Shown here piece after piece: positions 7,533-17,400 of a stretch of 64,000 nt of DNA (its first letter is position 1; each line of letters begins with the position of its first letter). The notes below the pieces were generated by a model that was not told where the DNA came from, ran no database searches, and saw only the letters and a list, made by a program, of their open reading frames with translations. The stretch covers positions 12,632 through 76,631 of IMG/VR virus record IMGVR_UViG_3300028299_000003. One strand, written 5' to 3'. This DNA is from a virus. A program made the position numbers and the translations under genes.

Positions 7533-7548
7533 AATTTATTCCAAGATG

Positions 7549-7557
7549 TCAAAGAAC
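7549..7557 (-). promoter_or_regulatory. boxA-like antitermination site (also at 220, 5066, 5822, 6185, 7177)
   Basis: GTTCTTTGA repeated in tRNA spacers. Confidence 0.7.
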
Positions 7558-7560
7558 TTT

Positions 7561-7595
7561 ACAAAAACAAAAAACCCAATCTTTTGGATTGGGTT
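7561..7595 (-). terminator. intrinsic terminator of the tRNA operon attenuator
   Basis: AACCCAATC-caaaa-GATTGGGTT followed by TTTTGTTTTT. Confidence 0.85.
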
Positions 7596-7619
7596 CGGAT
7601 TACTTCAAGTTATAAAAAC

Positions 7620-7709
7620 TCATCGTAGCAATACAAACCCATCATCCATATCTAGATATAAATCTATATTATAGAGATTAATAATGTTCATATTTGAATT
7701 TCGTGTCAT
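7620..7709 (-). CDS. attenuator leader peptide MTRNSNMNIINLYNIDLYLDMDDGFVLLR
   Basis: 29 codons, absent from ORF track; 24 encode amino acids served by the downstream tRNAs; overlaps the antiterminator strand. Confidence 0.8.
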   Translation of the reverse strand: MTRNSNMNIINLYNIDLYLDMDDGFVLLR

Positions 7710-7785
7710 TGAATTTTTTTTATTTTGTTTTTGTAATGTATATATAGTATTTAAAAAAGTTTATTTTTTTCCATTTTTAATAATA

Positions 7786-7793
7786 CAAAGATA
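7786..7793 (-). promoter_or_regulatory. Bacteroidota -7 element upstream of leader and tRNA operon
   Basis: cgTATCTTTGta; a TATATA motif also lies near 7739-7746. Confidence 0.65.
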
Positions 7794-7804
7794 CGGAGAT
7801 TTTT

Positions 7805-8128
7805 TTAATATACCAAATCTTTTTTGATGATTTTATCAATTTCTTCTTTATTTTCATCATAATTTTCTTGTTTCAAGGTATGAACTACATCCCCTTCTTT
7901 TAGATTATCCAATTCATCACCAGTTGGATTTATGATAGCTATTTGTAATCCATCATTATGAATAATAACTCTTTTGAATGGGTGTAATTGAGCTAACTCT
8001 CCCTTTAAATCCACAACTATTCCATGGTCCTTTGGTATCATTATTCCCAACGCGGTCGCGAATAATAGAGCACCCACCAACCAATCTCTACTATTATCTG
8101 GATTAGTTTCATTATTTGTATATTCCAT
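7805..8128 (-). CDS. hypothetical protein
   Basis: ORF track. Confidence 0.55.
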   Translation of the reverse strand: MEYTNNETNPDNSRDWLVGALLFATALGIMIPKDHGIVVDLKGELAQLHPFKRVIIHNDGLQIAIINPTGDELDNLKEGDVVHTLKQENYDENKEEIDKIIKKDLVY

Positions 8129-8197
8129 AATATCTATTATTTTTCAAATATATAAAAAAATTTTGATAAAGTTTAATTAAGAATGTTTTTCATATTT

Positions 8198-8593
8198 TTA
8201 TTGAAGATTATCAGATAAATAATCTTTTAATTTATTAAACTCTAGTCTTCCAGAATTTAAAGATAAAACATCCCAACTATCTTGTTTTATCGGAATTAAT
8301 CTAGAAAAACCTTCTTCATCAACTATACCAAGATCAAATCCTTTTATTAATTGTTCTAATTTATCGGTACTTTTACCATCCACATATATCCAGGGATACG
8401 GTAATCCATATTCTTTATGACCCCAACATGATTGAGTAGTTATAATTCCATTATAATTTAAAAGGACCACCAATTCCCTTATTCCACTATCTATTTTTTT
8501 CCCCAACCCATCAGTAATATTTCTAGAATTATATTCCATTCTTTTATATTTTTCATCATCAAAATCTATATCGGAAAATTTTTTTATTTTCAT
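8198..8593 (-). CDS. hypothetical phage protein (TxxSCxGH motif)
   Basis: IDSGIRELVVLLN..TTQSCWGH; MKIKKF leader. Confidence 0.6.
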   Translation of the reverse strand: MKIKKFSDIDFDDEKYKRMEYNSRNITDGLGKKIDSGIRELVVLLNYNGIITTQSCWGHKEYGLPYPWIYVDGKSTDKLEQLIKGFDLGIVDEEGFSRLIPIKQDSWDVLSLNSGRLEFNKLKDYLSDNLQ

Positions 8594-8602
8594 TATTTCA
8601 TA

Positions 8603-8925
8603 TTATTTTGTTACACCTTCGTTAGTTTTCATTTCCCATATACTTTCACCATCATCATCATACATTGGAATGAACATTAAATGATCCCACCAGGGTCTTT
8701 TTTTTCTTTTTTTGGGTTTTGATTTTGGTTCATCCTCTTCTTCCAAAGTATTATCAAAATCAAAAGAAACCTCATCATCAGAATCATCCTCTTCTTCTAT
8801 AACATCCTGATCCATCTCCGAAAAATATCATCAAAGTCATCTTTATCAAAAGTCTTAAATCTCCTAGGTTCAGGTGGTGGTTGTGGATATGGTACTGTAT
8901 AACCTTCAAATTTTTTTATTTTCAT
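8603..8925 (-). CDS. acidic protein with apparent 1-nt frameshift near 8821-8825
   Basis: MKIKKFEGYTVPYPQPPPEP.. from 8925 joins ORF 8603-8815 if one T is added to a T5 run. Confidence 0.55.
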
Positions 8926-8926
8926 A

Positions 8927-9349
8927 TTAATAAGTTATAAATTTATTTAAGAATGTTATAACACCATTTTTTACAGTAACAATATCAACCCAATTATATT
9001 TTCTTTTATCTTTTATTTCTAAGTCCAAATTCAGTGGTGTTGATGATTTTATAACAATATATTCACTACTATCTAATGTTCTATGTATTGAAAATGTTTT
9101 ATCACTCTCTTTTATTTCAACTGATATAAATTTCCATAAAGATGAAGATATTTGAGGATATAATTCACCCATCACTTCTTTATTTATTTGAGTGACTTCC
9201 ATTATTTTAACCTCTGTTTCTTTCTGTTTTACTTTAACTAATTCCTCATTTTCCTTATTTTCAATCCAGGTTTTAATCTTGGAAAAATTCTCAGTTAAAT
9301 AAAGTTGAAAATATTTACTTTTTATAATATCTGGTATAGAATTTATCAT
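8927..9349 (-). CDS. hypothetical protein
   Basis: ORF track. Confidence 0.55.
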   Translation of the reverse strand: MINSIPDIIKSKYFQLYLTENFSKIKTWIENKENEELVKVKQKETEVKIMEVTQINKEVMGELYPQISSSLWKFISVEIKESDKTFSIHRTLDSSEYIVIKSSTPLNLDLEIKDKRKYNWVDIVTVKNGVITFLNKFITY

Positions 9350-9402
9350 TAAGGATTTTTTATTTTATTGTATATATTAAAATAAAAAATCCTTCTTTTT
9401 AG

Positions 9403-9654
9403 TTACATGTAAATACTATTAATTATTTTATATAATTTTTCATCCCTAAATTCTAATATTTTTAAATGTATCGCACGCCTTATTAAGTAAACAAACATAA
9501 ATGGTTTAGCACCTAAAAAAATTGTTAATTTTATTTTCTTTTTTTTATCTATATTATAAAAAGAATACATAACATTATCCATAGATAAATAAGTCCATTT
9601 CAACTTACCATCTAGTGTATAATCAACAATTCTGTCTAATATCAAATCATCCAT
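9403..9654 (-). CDS. hypothetical protein resembling 18502 and 18843 ORFs
   Basis: IVDYTLDGKLKW vs IIKYTESGKLVW and LIEDTDDGSMKW. Confidence 0.55.
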   Translation of the reverse strand: MDDLILDRIVDYTLDGKLKWTYLSMDNVMYSFYNIDKKKKIKLTIFLGAKPFMFVYLIRRAIHLKILEFRDEKLYKIINSIYM

Positions 9655-9914
9655 TAATAAATCAAATCAGTGAGCCTATAATCTTCTATTTCACCACGTT
9701 CGTTTTCACATTTAGCTCTTCGTTTACCATTTTTATCGGTATAAATTTCACGAATTGTTACTCTGTAGAAAGTCGTCTCATTATCTGTAAATATTCTACA
9801 TCTACTTCCAATTTTTAATTCATTAACCAATCTTCTAATAGTGATTTTATCACTTATTACTAAAATTGAAATTATAATTAAAAGACAAATTAAAATTACT
9901 AAAAATATTATCAT
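9654..9914 (-). CDS. small membrane-anchored protein
   Basis: N-terminal hydrophobic helix. Confidence 0.55.
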   Translation of the reverse strand: MIIFLVILICLLIIISILVISDKITIRRLVNELKIGSRCRIFTDNETTFYRVTIREIYTDKNGKRRAKCENERGEIEDYRLTDLIY

Positions 9915-10834
9915 AATTTACGGTTTTTAATTTCTTTATCCATTTCTTTTTTTACTTTATATACTAAAGAGTGGCTAAACCCAGTAGTTTTTATTATATC
10001 CTTAACATTTTTATCATTTATAAATAATTTATGAATTATTGAATATTTATCTGATTTCATAATTCTATTATCTATTATTCTATCCCATTTTCTATTCATT
10101 ATTGGAAGATTGAGAGATTTTGCTTTATTTTTTATTTTTTCTAATGTTTTAAATTTAAATATTCTAATCGTAGAACAACCACCTGTTGATAATTTAAAAC
10201 ATTTTTCTTCATCTGTCAAAATTTTATAGAATTCTTCTAATATTTTTTTCCAATTTTTATCACACTTAATTTCTATAGATTTACCATTTTTACATATAGA
10301 CCCATCTCCATCAATGAAACCTATAATTAAACTAAATATTTGATCTTTTCCTAGATTTGGAATTGTTGGAATATTTTTTGTTTTATTGGTTTTCCAATTA
10401 AATATTTCTTTTAATTCTATTACTGTTTGTTTATCACATAATGTATATCTAACAGAATTTAATTTATCAACATAAGATGGTTTTAAATTTATACCCAAGT
10501 GCTTTTCTATTTTATTAAAATGTTCTTCATCTTTTTTACTTATATTTACTTGAAAATAACAATTCTTAGATAGATGACCATCAGCAAGTAAAAAACCAAT
10601 CCAATAACAAGTAATATTATCATTTAAATTTAATAGTTTTATTAAATTTCTTTTACTCTCATAAAATTCTCTTTTTATTCCAAAAAGATGTGCCATTTTT
10701 TGTATATAATTCCAAGATAAATTTAAATCGTTTTTTATATCTTTATTGCTTTTTTTAGAATAATTTTCTAACAAATACTCTTTTAAATATTCATTTCTTT
10801 CTGTGTTTAAATTTCTTATTTTATAATTAGTCAT
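9911..10834 (-). CDS. LAGLIDADG homing endonuclease
   Basis: YWIGFLLADG and LIIGFIDGDG. Confidence 0.88.
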   Translation of the reverse strand: MTNYKIRNLNTERNEYLKEYLLENYSKKSNKDIKNDLNLSWNYIQKMAHLFGIKREFYESKRNLIKLLNLNDNITCYWIGFLLADGHLSKNCYFQVNISKKDEEHFNKIEKHLGINLKPSYVDKLNSVRYTLCDKQTVIELKEIFNWKTNKTKNIPTIPNLGKDQIFSLIIGFIDGDGSICKNGKSIEIKCDKNWKKILEEFYKILTDEEKCFKLSTGGCSTIRIFKFKTLEKIKNKAKSLNLPIMNRKWDRIIDNRIMKSDKYSIIHKLFINDKNVKDIIKTTGFSHSLVYKVKKEMDKEIKNRKL

Positions 10835-10854
10835 AATACATAATTTCTTTTACC

Positions 10855-11292
10855 TTATATATTAAAATTATAATCATCTTTTATTCTTCTTTTTTCCTCT
10901 TCATAAATAATTGAATTTTTTTTATCATATTCTCTTTTTCCACGAGACAACGCGATTTCTAGTTTACACTTTCCTTTTTCGTTTATAAATATCATAGTTG
11001 GAACAATAGTTAATCCCTTTTCATTTATCTGAGATTCAAAATGTTCTAATTGTTTTTTAGTTAATAATAATTTTTTATCTCTCTTTGGATCATGTTCAGA
11101 ACCTTTACCATATTCACTAATATGAAGGTTTTTTACAAACATCTCACCATCTTTAAAAAAACAGTAAGTGTCAGTAAATCCAACATTATTCAAACTGATT
11201 GATTTTATTTCAGAACCTTTCAGTACAATTCCACAAATTTCCTTTTCTAGAAATTCAAAATTGAAGTGTGCTTTTTTGTTTTTTATTTTCAT
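10855..11292 (-). CDS. smpB: SsrA-binding protein SmpB
   Basis: NKKAHFNF, GIVLKGSEIKS, RDKKLLL, GKREYDKK. Confidence 0.95.
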   Translation of the reverse strand: MKIKNKKAHFNFEFLEKEICGIVLKGSEIKSISLNNVGFTDTYCFFKDGEMFVKNLHISEYGKGSEHDPKRDKKLLLTKKQLEHFESQINEKGLTIVPTMIFINEKGKCKLEIALSRGKREYDKKNSIIYEEEKRRIKDDYNFNI

Positions 11293-11585
11293 CTGTATCT
11301 AAGTTTCATTGTTGGTAATAGTGGTCCTACGAAAGAATCATAATCATATTTTCTAAATCTATCTGGTGCTAATCTGTCCTTGTTGACACATACCACTTTA
11401 ACATATTTTTTTATATAAGTATCTATCACATTCATTTCATCCGCGTTCATATTGAATTTCTCATCAACTTCATTTCTAATTCTTTCAACTATATCACTTG
11501 GTCTTGTTGATGGTATAATTCTTCTAAGACCCTTTATCGGATATTCAAATATTATATACTCTTTTATTTTTTCTATTTTTCTCAT
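11289..11585 (-). CDS. hypothetical protein
   Basis: ORF track, KEYII similar to neighbour. Confidence 0.5.
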   Translation of the reverse strand: MRKIEKIKEYIIFEYPIKGLRRIIPSTRPSDIVERIRNEVDEKFNMNADEMNVIDTYIKKYVKVVCVNKDRLAPDRFRKYDYDSFVGPLLPTMKLRYR

Positions 11586-11586
11586 A

Positions 11587-11967
11587 TTAGTTTTTATTAT
11601 ACCATTTCATATCAAAAATTTTATTATTTGTTTTAATAGATAATTTGGAATCAAATGATGGAATACATTTTGATAAATATTTCATTATAAATACTTTAAT
11701 TTTTTCATACTCATTACTATTTTTTTTAACATCAAAACGATCAACTTCTTTTAACATCGTCATCAATATTTTCTTTTCAATATCCAAATCAAAATATTTT
11801 TCATAATCCTCAATTTTTTGTTCAATATTATCATAACCAATATCATCTATCAATTGATTTACACCATGTTTAAATAACGTTCTTATCTTCCATTGTGGAT
11901 ATGAAGAAATTATATATTCTTTTATTTCATTAACATTCATTTGGAACATTTTTATAAAAATAATCAT
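11587..11967 (-). CDS. hypothetical protein
   Basis: ORF track. Confidence 0.5.
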   Translation of the reverse strand: MIIFIKMFQMNVNEIKEYIISSYPQWKIRTLFKHGVNQLIDDIGYDNIEQKIEDYEKYFDLDIEKKILMTMLKEVDRFDVKKNSNEYEKIKVFIMKYLSKCIPSFDSKLSIKTNNKIFDMKWYNKN

Positions 11968-12038
11968 TTTTTTTTAAAATAAAAAATATTTCAAGGGTGT
12001 ATCAATTTTTATATATAGGATAAAATAAACCCACGGAA

Positions 12039-13622
12039 ATGAGCATTTTAAAACTAAATACATATAATTTCAATGAATTAGATTGGCCAAGAGATGGTAG
12101 GTTTCTACTTGGTTTTAGTGGAACAACAATAGCTGATACAGAATTAGCTTATATGGACCCAAATGGTAAGGTAACTATAGTAAGAGGTGCTGGTGGTGGA
12201 TCAAGTACTTCAGGTACATCAGGAACTTCAGGAACTTCAGGTACAGATGGAACCTCAGGAACCTCAGGCACAGATGGAACATCAGGCACTTCAGGCACAG
12301 ATGGAACATCAGGAACAGATGGTGCTGATGGGAGTGGTAGTTCAGGAACTTCAGGCACAGATGGTACTGATGGTAGTGGTAGTTCAGGAACTTCAGGCAC
12401 AGATGGAGTTGATGGAAATGGTAGTTCAGGAACAGATGGAACATCAGGCACTTCAGGCACAGATGGCACTTCAGGTAGATGGGGAACTTTAATTTTAAAT
12501 GGTGACGGTTATGGAACAACAGATTGGATAAATCCAACTAATGGACTTGCTGATCAATGGTCAATTGGTGGTGGATGGATTAGATCTATATGGAATAATG
12601 TTAGTGGATTTACAGATAATGCTCAGTTTTTTACACCAGATGGTGATTGGAGTGGAAATGGTATTGAAGAGGCGTCTTATATATTAGAGACTGGTCAACA
12701 ATATACATTTTCTATGAAATATAGTAGTAACAGAGAAATACACGTTTTTGATAGTAATATAGTTAATAGCTATTTTAAATTCCCATCAAATGATGGACCA
12801 GCGGTATTTGTCTCTGGATTAACAACCGCGTTAGCGGATGATTATTTGTCTTTTGGATGGTCTGGTGATACAAGTATTCAGTTTGGTGATTGGTGGGTGA
12901 TAGATGAGGTTAATTTGTATATTGGTGATATAGGATTACCTAGTGATGGTAGTTCAGGAACATCTGGTACTGATGGTGTTGGTGGAGCTGATGGGTGGGT
13001 ATATTATGGTATAGGATACACTGGATCAACATCTGGATTTACATTAACACACACAACCGATACAACAACAATGAAAATCGGTAGACCAATAAGATACTTT
13101 ATACCAAATGAAATGACATATTATGGTATTATTGTTTCAAGAGTTGATGGTGGAACCTATGATAATTTTGGGATTGAGGGAGCCCCCCTACCAACTGGTA
13201 CATCTATGAATGTTTATTATGGTCCGATGAGTTATGTTGACAATAAATATTTTCTAATAAATGGTGATTACGCGGATTCTGATGATACTACGTTATTAAC
13301 CAATGATTTATTGATGCCTAATGGATATTACTGGAATCAAGGAACCGCGTATTTGGTTAGACAACGATGTGTCGCGTCTAGTATAGGTAGTGGTTCAGCT
13401 CCGAGTATATCACCAACTATACGTGGAAATGAGGTATTACAGACAAAGGATGACATATCGGTTAGTTTAGTAACATCTGGTGTTGATATAAATCCATCAA
13501 ATTATAAATTAACAGATCAAGATAATATTGATTTTTCAATTAGAACAGCTGGTGTATCTGGAACCCCAAGAGACTTGGCATTATATATAACAACAATCTT
13601 GGGTGATAATCATACTTTATAA
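12039..13622 (+). CDS. virion fibre-like protein with Gly/Ser/Thr/Asp triplet repeats and beta-rich domains
   Basis: (SGT)(DGT) collagen-like repeats; aromatic-rich beta domain. Confidence 0.65.
   Translation: MSILKLNTYNFNELDWPRDGRFLLGFSGTTIADTELAYMDPNGKVTIVRGAGGGSSTSGTSGTSGTSGTDGTSGTSGTDGTSGTSGTDGTSGTDGADGSGSSGTSGTDGTDGSGSSGTSGTDGVDGNGSSGTDGTSGTSGTDGTSGRWGTLILNGDGYGTTDWINPTNGLADQWSIGGGWIRSIWNNVSGFTDNAQFFTPDGDWSGNGIEEASYILETGQQYTFSMKYSSNREIHVFDSNIVNSYFKFPSNDGPAVFVSGLTTALADDYLSFGWSGDTSIQFGDWWVIDEVNLYIGDIGLPSDGSSGTSGTDGVGGADGWVYYGIGYTGSTSGFTLTHTTDTTTMKIGRPIRYFIPNEMTYYGIIVSRVDGGTYDNFGIEGAPLPTGTSMNVYYGPMSYVDNKYFLINGDYADSDDTTLLTNDLLMPNGYYWNQGTAYLVRQRCVASSIGSGSAPSISPTIRGNEVLQTKDDISVSLVTSGVDINPSNYKLTDQDNIDFSIRTAGVSGTPRDLALYITTILGDNHTL
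12206..12476 (+). repeat. coding tandem repeat (9-nt units, SGTSGTDGT)
   Basis: tcaggaact/tcaggcaca/gatggaaca arrays. Confidence 0.9.
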
Positions 13623-13637
13623 AAAATAAATTAAATA

Positions 13638-14408
13638 ATGTCATTAAGAAACGGTTTTGGTAATGATTCTCATACAGTTCTTTTAACAAGTGCGAGTGAA
13701 CAAAAATTAAGTGAATCACCTTATATTATTGATTCCTCATATAGTTATCCAGGTGGTGGTCATCACTGTTATGTTAGTGGTATAACAACAGGTGATGGTA
13801 GTATACATGGAGTTTTTGAAAGACGTGATGGAGTAAATAGAACATGGATTACAACTGGAACAACAGCGGAAGAAAACTGGGTATATCTTGATTGTAGAGA
13901 TAATCTAGATGATTTTAGTTTCGGTGATGGTGATTTCTGTATAGATTTTTGGATAAAATTAACAGCGGTTCCAGTTGCTTCACCAACTATTATATATGGT
14001 TCAAATGGAGTATTTATAAATGATAATAATTTTTATGCTTTTGGGTACACTAATGAACAAGGTGGGTTTCAATCTGGTTTCACATTTATGGTAAGAGAAT
14101 CTGGGAGTTATAATTTGATATTGACACACTCAACAGGTATGACAAATAATAATTGGTATCATATCGCGTTGTCTCGTCACAATGGATATATTAGAATGTT
14201 TTGGAATGGTGATTATGTAACTGGGACTACATATAATAATACGATGCCTAATTTTAATCATTCATATTTTATAGGTGTTATGAATGCTTTATGGGATGAT
14301 CCAGGACTTGTTAAATCCAAATTAAGTGCGTATTATGATGAATTTAGAATATCAAAAGGGCACCCTAGATGGACTAGTAGTTTTACTCTACCAAATAGAG
14401 AATATTAA
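13638..14408 (+). CDS. LamG/concanavalin A-like domain protein
   Basis: FCIDFWIK, WYHIALSR, YYDEFRISKG. Confidence 0.85.
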   Translation: MSLRNGFGNDSHTVLLTSASEQKLSESPYIIDSSYSYPGGGHHCYVSGITTGDGSIHGVFERRDGVNRTWITTGTTAEENWVYLDCRDNLDDFSFGDGDFCIDFWIKLTAVPVASPTIIYGSNGVFINDNNFYAFGYTNEQGGFQSGFTFMVRESGSYNLILTHSTGMTNNNWYHIALSRHNGYIRMFWNGDYVTGTTYNNTMPNFNHSYFIGVMNALWDDPGLVKSKLSAYYDEFRISKGHPRWTSSFTLPNREY

Positions 14409-14422
14409 AAATAAAATAGATA

Positions 14423-17400
14423 ATGGATAAATCAGAAAAATTGTTGTTTTTTAATAAAGAGGGATATTTATATAATTTTCAATATGATAATATAGATCAA
14501 AAATGGGAAGGAAAGATTTTATTTGATGAAAATAGTGATGAATTATTTAAAACTCAAGGATTATACATTTTTGAATCAGTTGATCCAATAAATTTCACTG
14601 GAATTTTTGATATGGAACCGTCTCAATTATTCAATTGGAGTGGAATGACATTTGTTTCAGATAGAGCTAAAAATGAGATAATAACAAACATAGAAAAGGT
14701 AAATAATTCATCTAGTTTTTATTCAAAATGGATATATGGTCACGACTTTGAAATAAAATTCAGACCTGGTACTGTTGTATCATTTAGTGGTGAAACATTC
14801 ACAGGAACAGGATGGTCAGATTTTACAAATAGTGCACAAACATATTTTTCTATATTATCAACAAAGAAAGACGCTGTTTTGATTTCAACAATAACTAATA
14901 ATCAGAGTTTTACAGGATTTCAATTCCAAACTGGTGCTACATTAACTAGTCATAATATAATAAAAGTTCCAGATTATGGAAATGAATATTTGGTAGATTT
15001 AAATAACTTGAATTATTATGAAGGTAAAAAACTAAATATTGTTGATTCATATTATAATGATGGTATTTATACATATAGAGATTATAATATATTAAAAGAT
15101 AAGGTATATGATTTTGATTTATCAACACAAACGGGTGGGACATTAAGGTTAGAATTGACATTATATACAGAAAGACCTAGATTGTATACTGGGCCTGTTG
15201 AAATTATAATAACGGACAATTCATTAAATGGAACTAGTATTATTTTTGAAAATGATATAAATAATGATATTCAATTTTTTAATACTGGTCAAACAATGAT
15301 ATTTGAAACATATGATGGTGGTGGAATTTTACCAACCAATCCAATATTTACAATATCTGGATATAGAGATAAAGACTTATTGGTCGACCATGATATTTAC
15401 TTTAGAACTGTCGCTGGTAGAAATTATATATTAATAGATGGTATAGATTTAACTGGAGTTACGAATATTGATCAATTATATTTAGAAGCTAATCCAGTGA
15501 TATCTGGTGTTACTTTTCATAGTGGGAGGACATTTGATGTCATATGTGTTGAAAATGACGCGAAATTGATTGTAAATTCAAGTGGACCTAGTGGATCAAA
15601 AATTGAGGTTGAACAATATGTTATCACAGAAGGACCAACTAGATACAATATTTATAAAAAATATAAGAGATCACAGATTCAAACTCTTTACGCTCAACAA
15701 ACCACGTATTTATCATTAACTGGTTATACTGGAATGACTAATTGTTTTACAACAACAAATGTTGTAAGTTTATCACAGACTATAATAAATTCTGGTGGTA
15801 CAGATAATTATTATGAAAATACAATAGACTCGTTTAACATAAAATATGGTAGTTATTTGGAATCACTTGGTGTTGAAATGTATCTTTATACATATTCTGG
15901 TACTAATTATCTTATGGTTGATGGATTATATGAATATAACTATAAACCTTATTTTGCGGTTAATGTATATTTAAATGGTACACCCTTATCAATTGGTAAT
16001 AATTTTACTTTTACAACTGGATTTACACATTCTGATGTTTATTATTTTGAAGTTGATGAAAATTTAACAAGAGAAAAAATAAGTTTGTATGATACAAATA
16101 GGTTATCAAAAAACTTTACTTGCGTTATCGCGTTTGATTTAAGTAATGATTTATTGGATTATGGATTCACTATTAATCTGAACACGACTGATTATTTTAT
16201 AAATTATTCATCATCTAGCGGGACAACATCATGTACACATGAGACGATAAATGATTTTATTGAAAAATATGATGATATTTTCTCAAAGATTGGTTTTGAT
16301 TTAAGTAGTGGATACACATCAAGTGGATATACATTGGATATACTTGGTAGATATCCTAATATGGATATTATAAATTTGGATGTTGATGTAAATTTATTTT
16401 CAACATATACAAAACACACTACACACAATAAAGGAATTGTAATATCTAGTAATGTATTAAGATCTGTTTACCTAGATTTATACGATCTTGAACTCGCGAC
16501 TGGGATGATTATGTCTGTCAGTAATAGTCAATATGCGATGAATAATCGTGATTATAATATAATAGCTGTTTTAAATGATATGATTCAACTATCATATCAA
16601 GGACCATTCTTCTATGATTATGCTGCAAAATTAGATATATCAACAAGAGATTTTATAAGAAAACCAAGAAGTTATTACGATAGAATTGTGGATTATAAAT
16701 TTTCTTGGGCTGAACAACCATTTGGTGAGATTACAAAAGATATATTCTTTTATGATTTTAGTGGTAATCAGTTAGTATCATATAATAATATCACTAGTTT
16801 AACATATACTGGTGTAGAACCATTATATAGTGAGACTAATGATAAGAAAGTATTTTTAAATAGATACGCGAATAAATTTGAATCTGAAGTTACCAACCCA
16901 ACAAATCAACAAACAGTTTTTGATTCTATAATACACAGGTTAGAAATGTTAAATGATAGTTCATCTTATGATTATACCCCATCACCACTAGAAGTATTTT
17001 TTGGATTTAATTCATCAGATGAAGGGGTTTCTGTAAATGAAATGAAATTGGAGAAAGTAGAATATGTTACAATAACAGGAACAACTCATAATAGTGGTGT
17101 TACAACATATGATAGTCATTTCATAGTATCTGGTGATACAATACAATATATAACTACTGATTATTTGTTTGATTTCAATAGTTATGGATTAGAAACAGAT
17201 CAATTGATATCATTAGATTTTATTGAAAATAATACAACAACAGGTCAAACTATTTTTAATAATTATAAAAATTATAGAATAAAAGATTTAACCCAAACGA
17301 AGATATTTATTGATACAGATTATTCGGATAGATTAAATTATTTTAATACTAGATATAACCTCACATATAGTGGAAAAACATATGATTATGTAATAAATGT

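Noticed and set aside
12149-12537. CRISPR array or alternative-frame PEVP/QEL proteins
   Set aside because: This is a coding 9-nt tandem repeat without unique spacers. The other frames are shadows of the SGT repeat.
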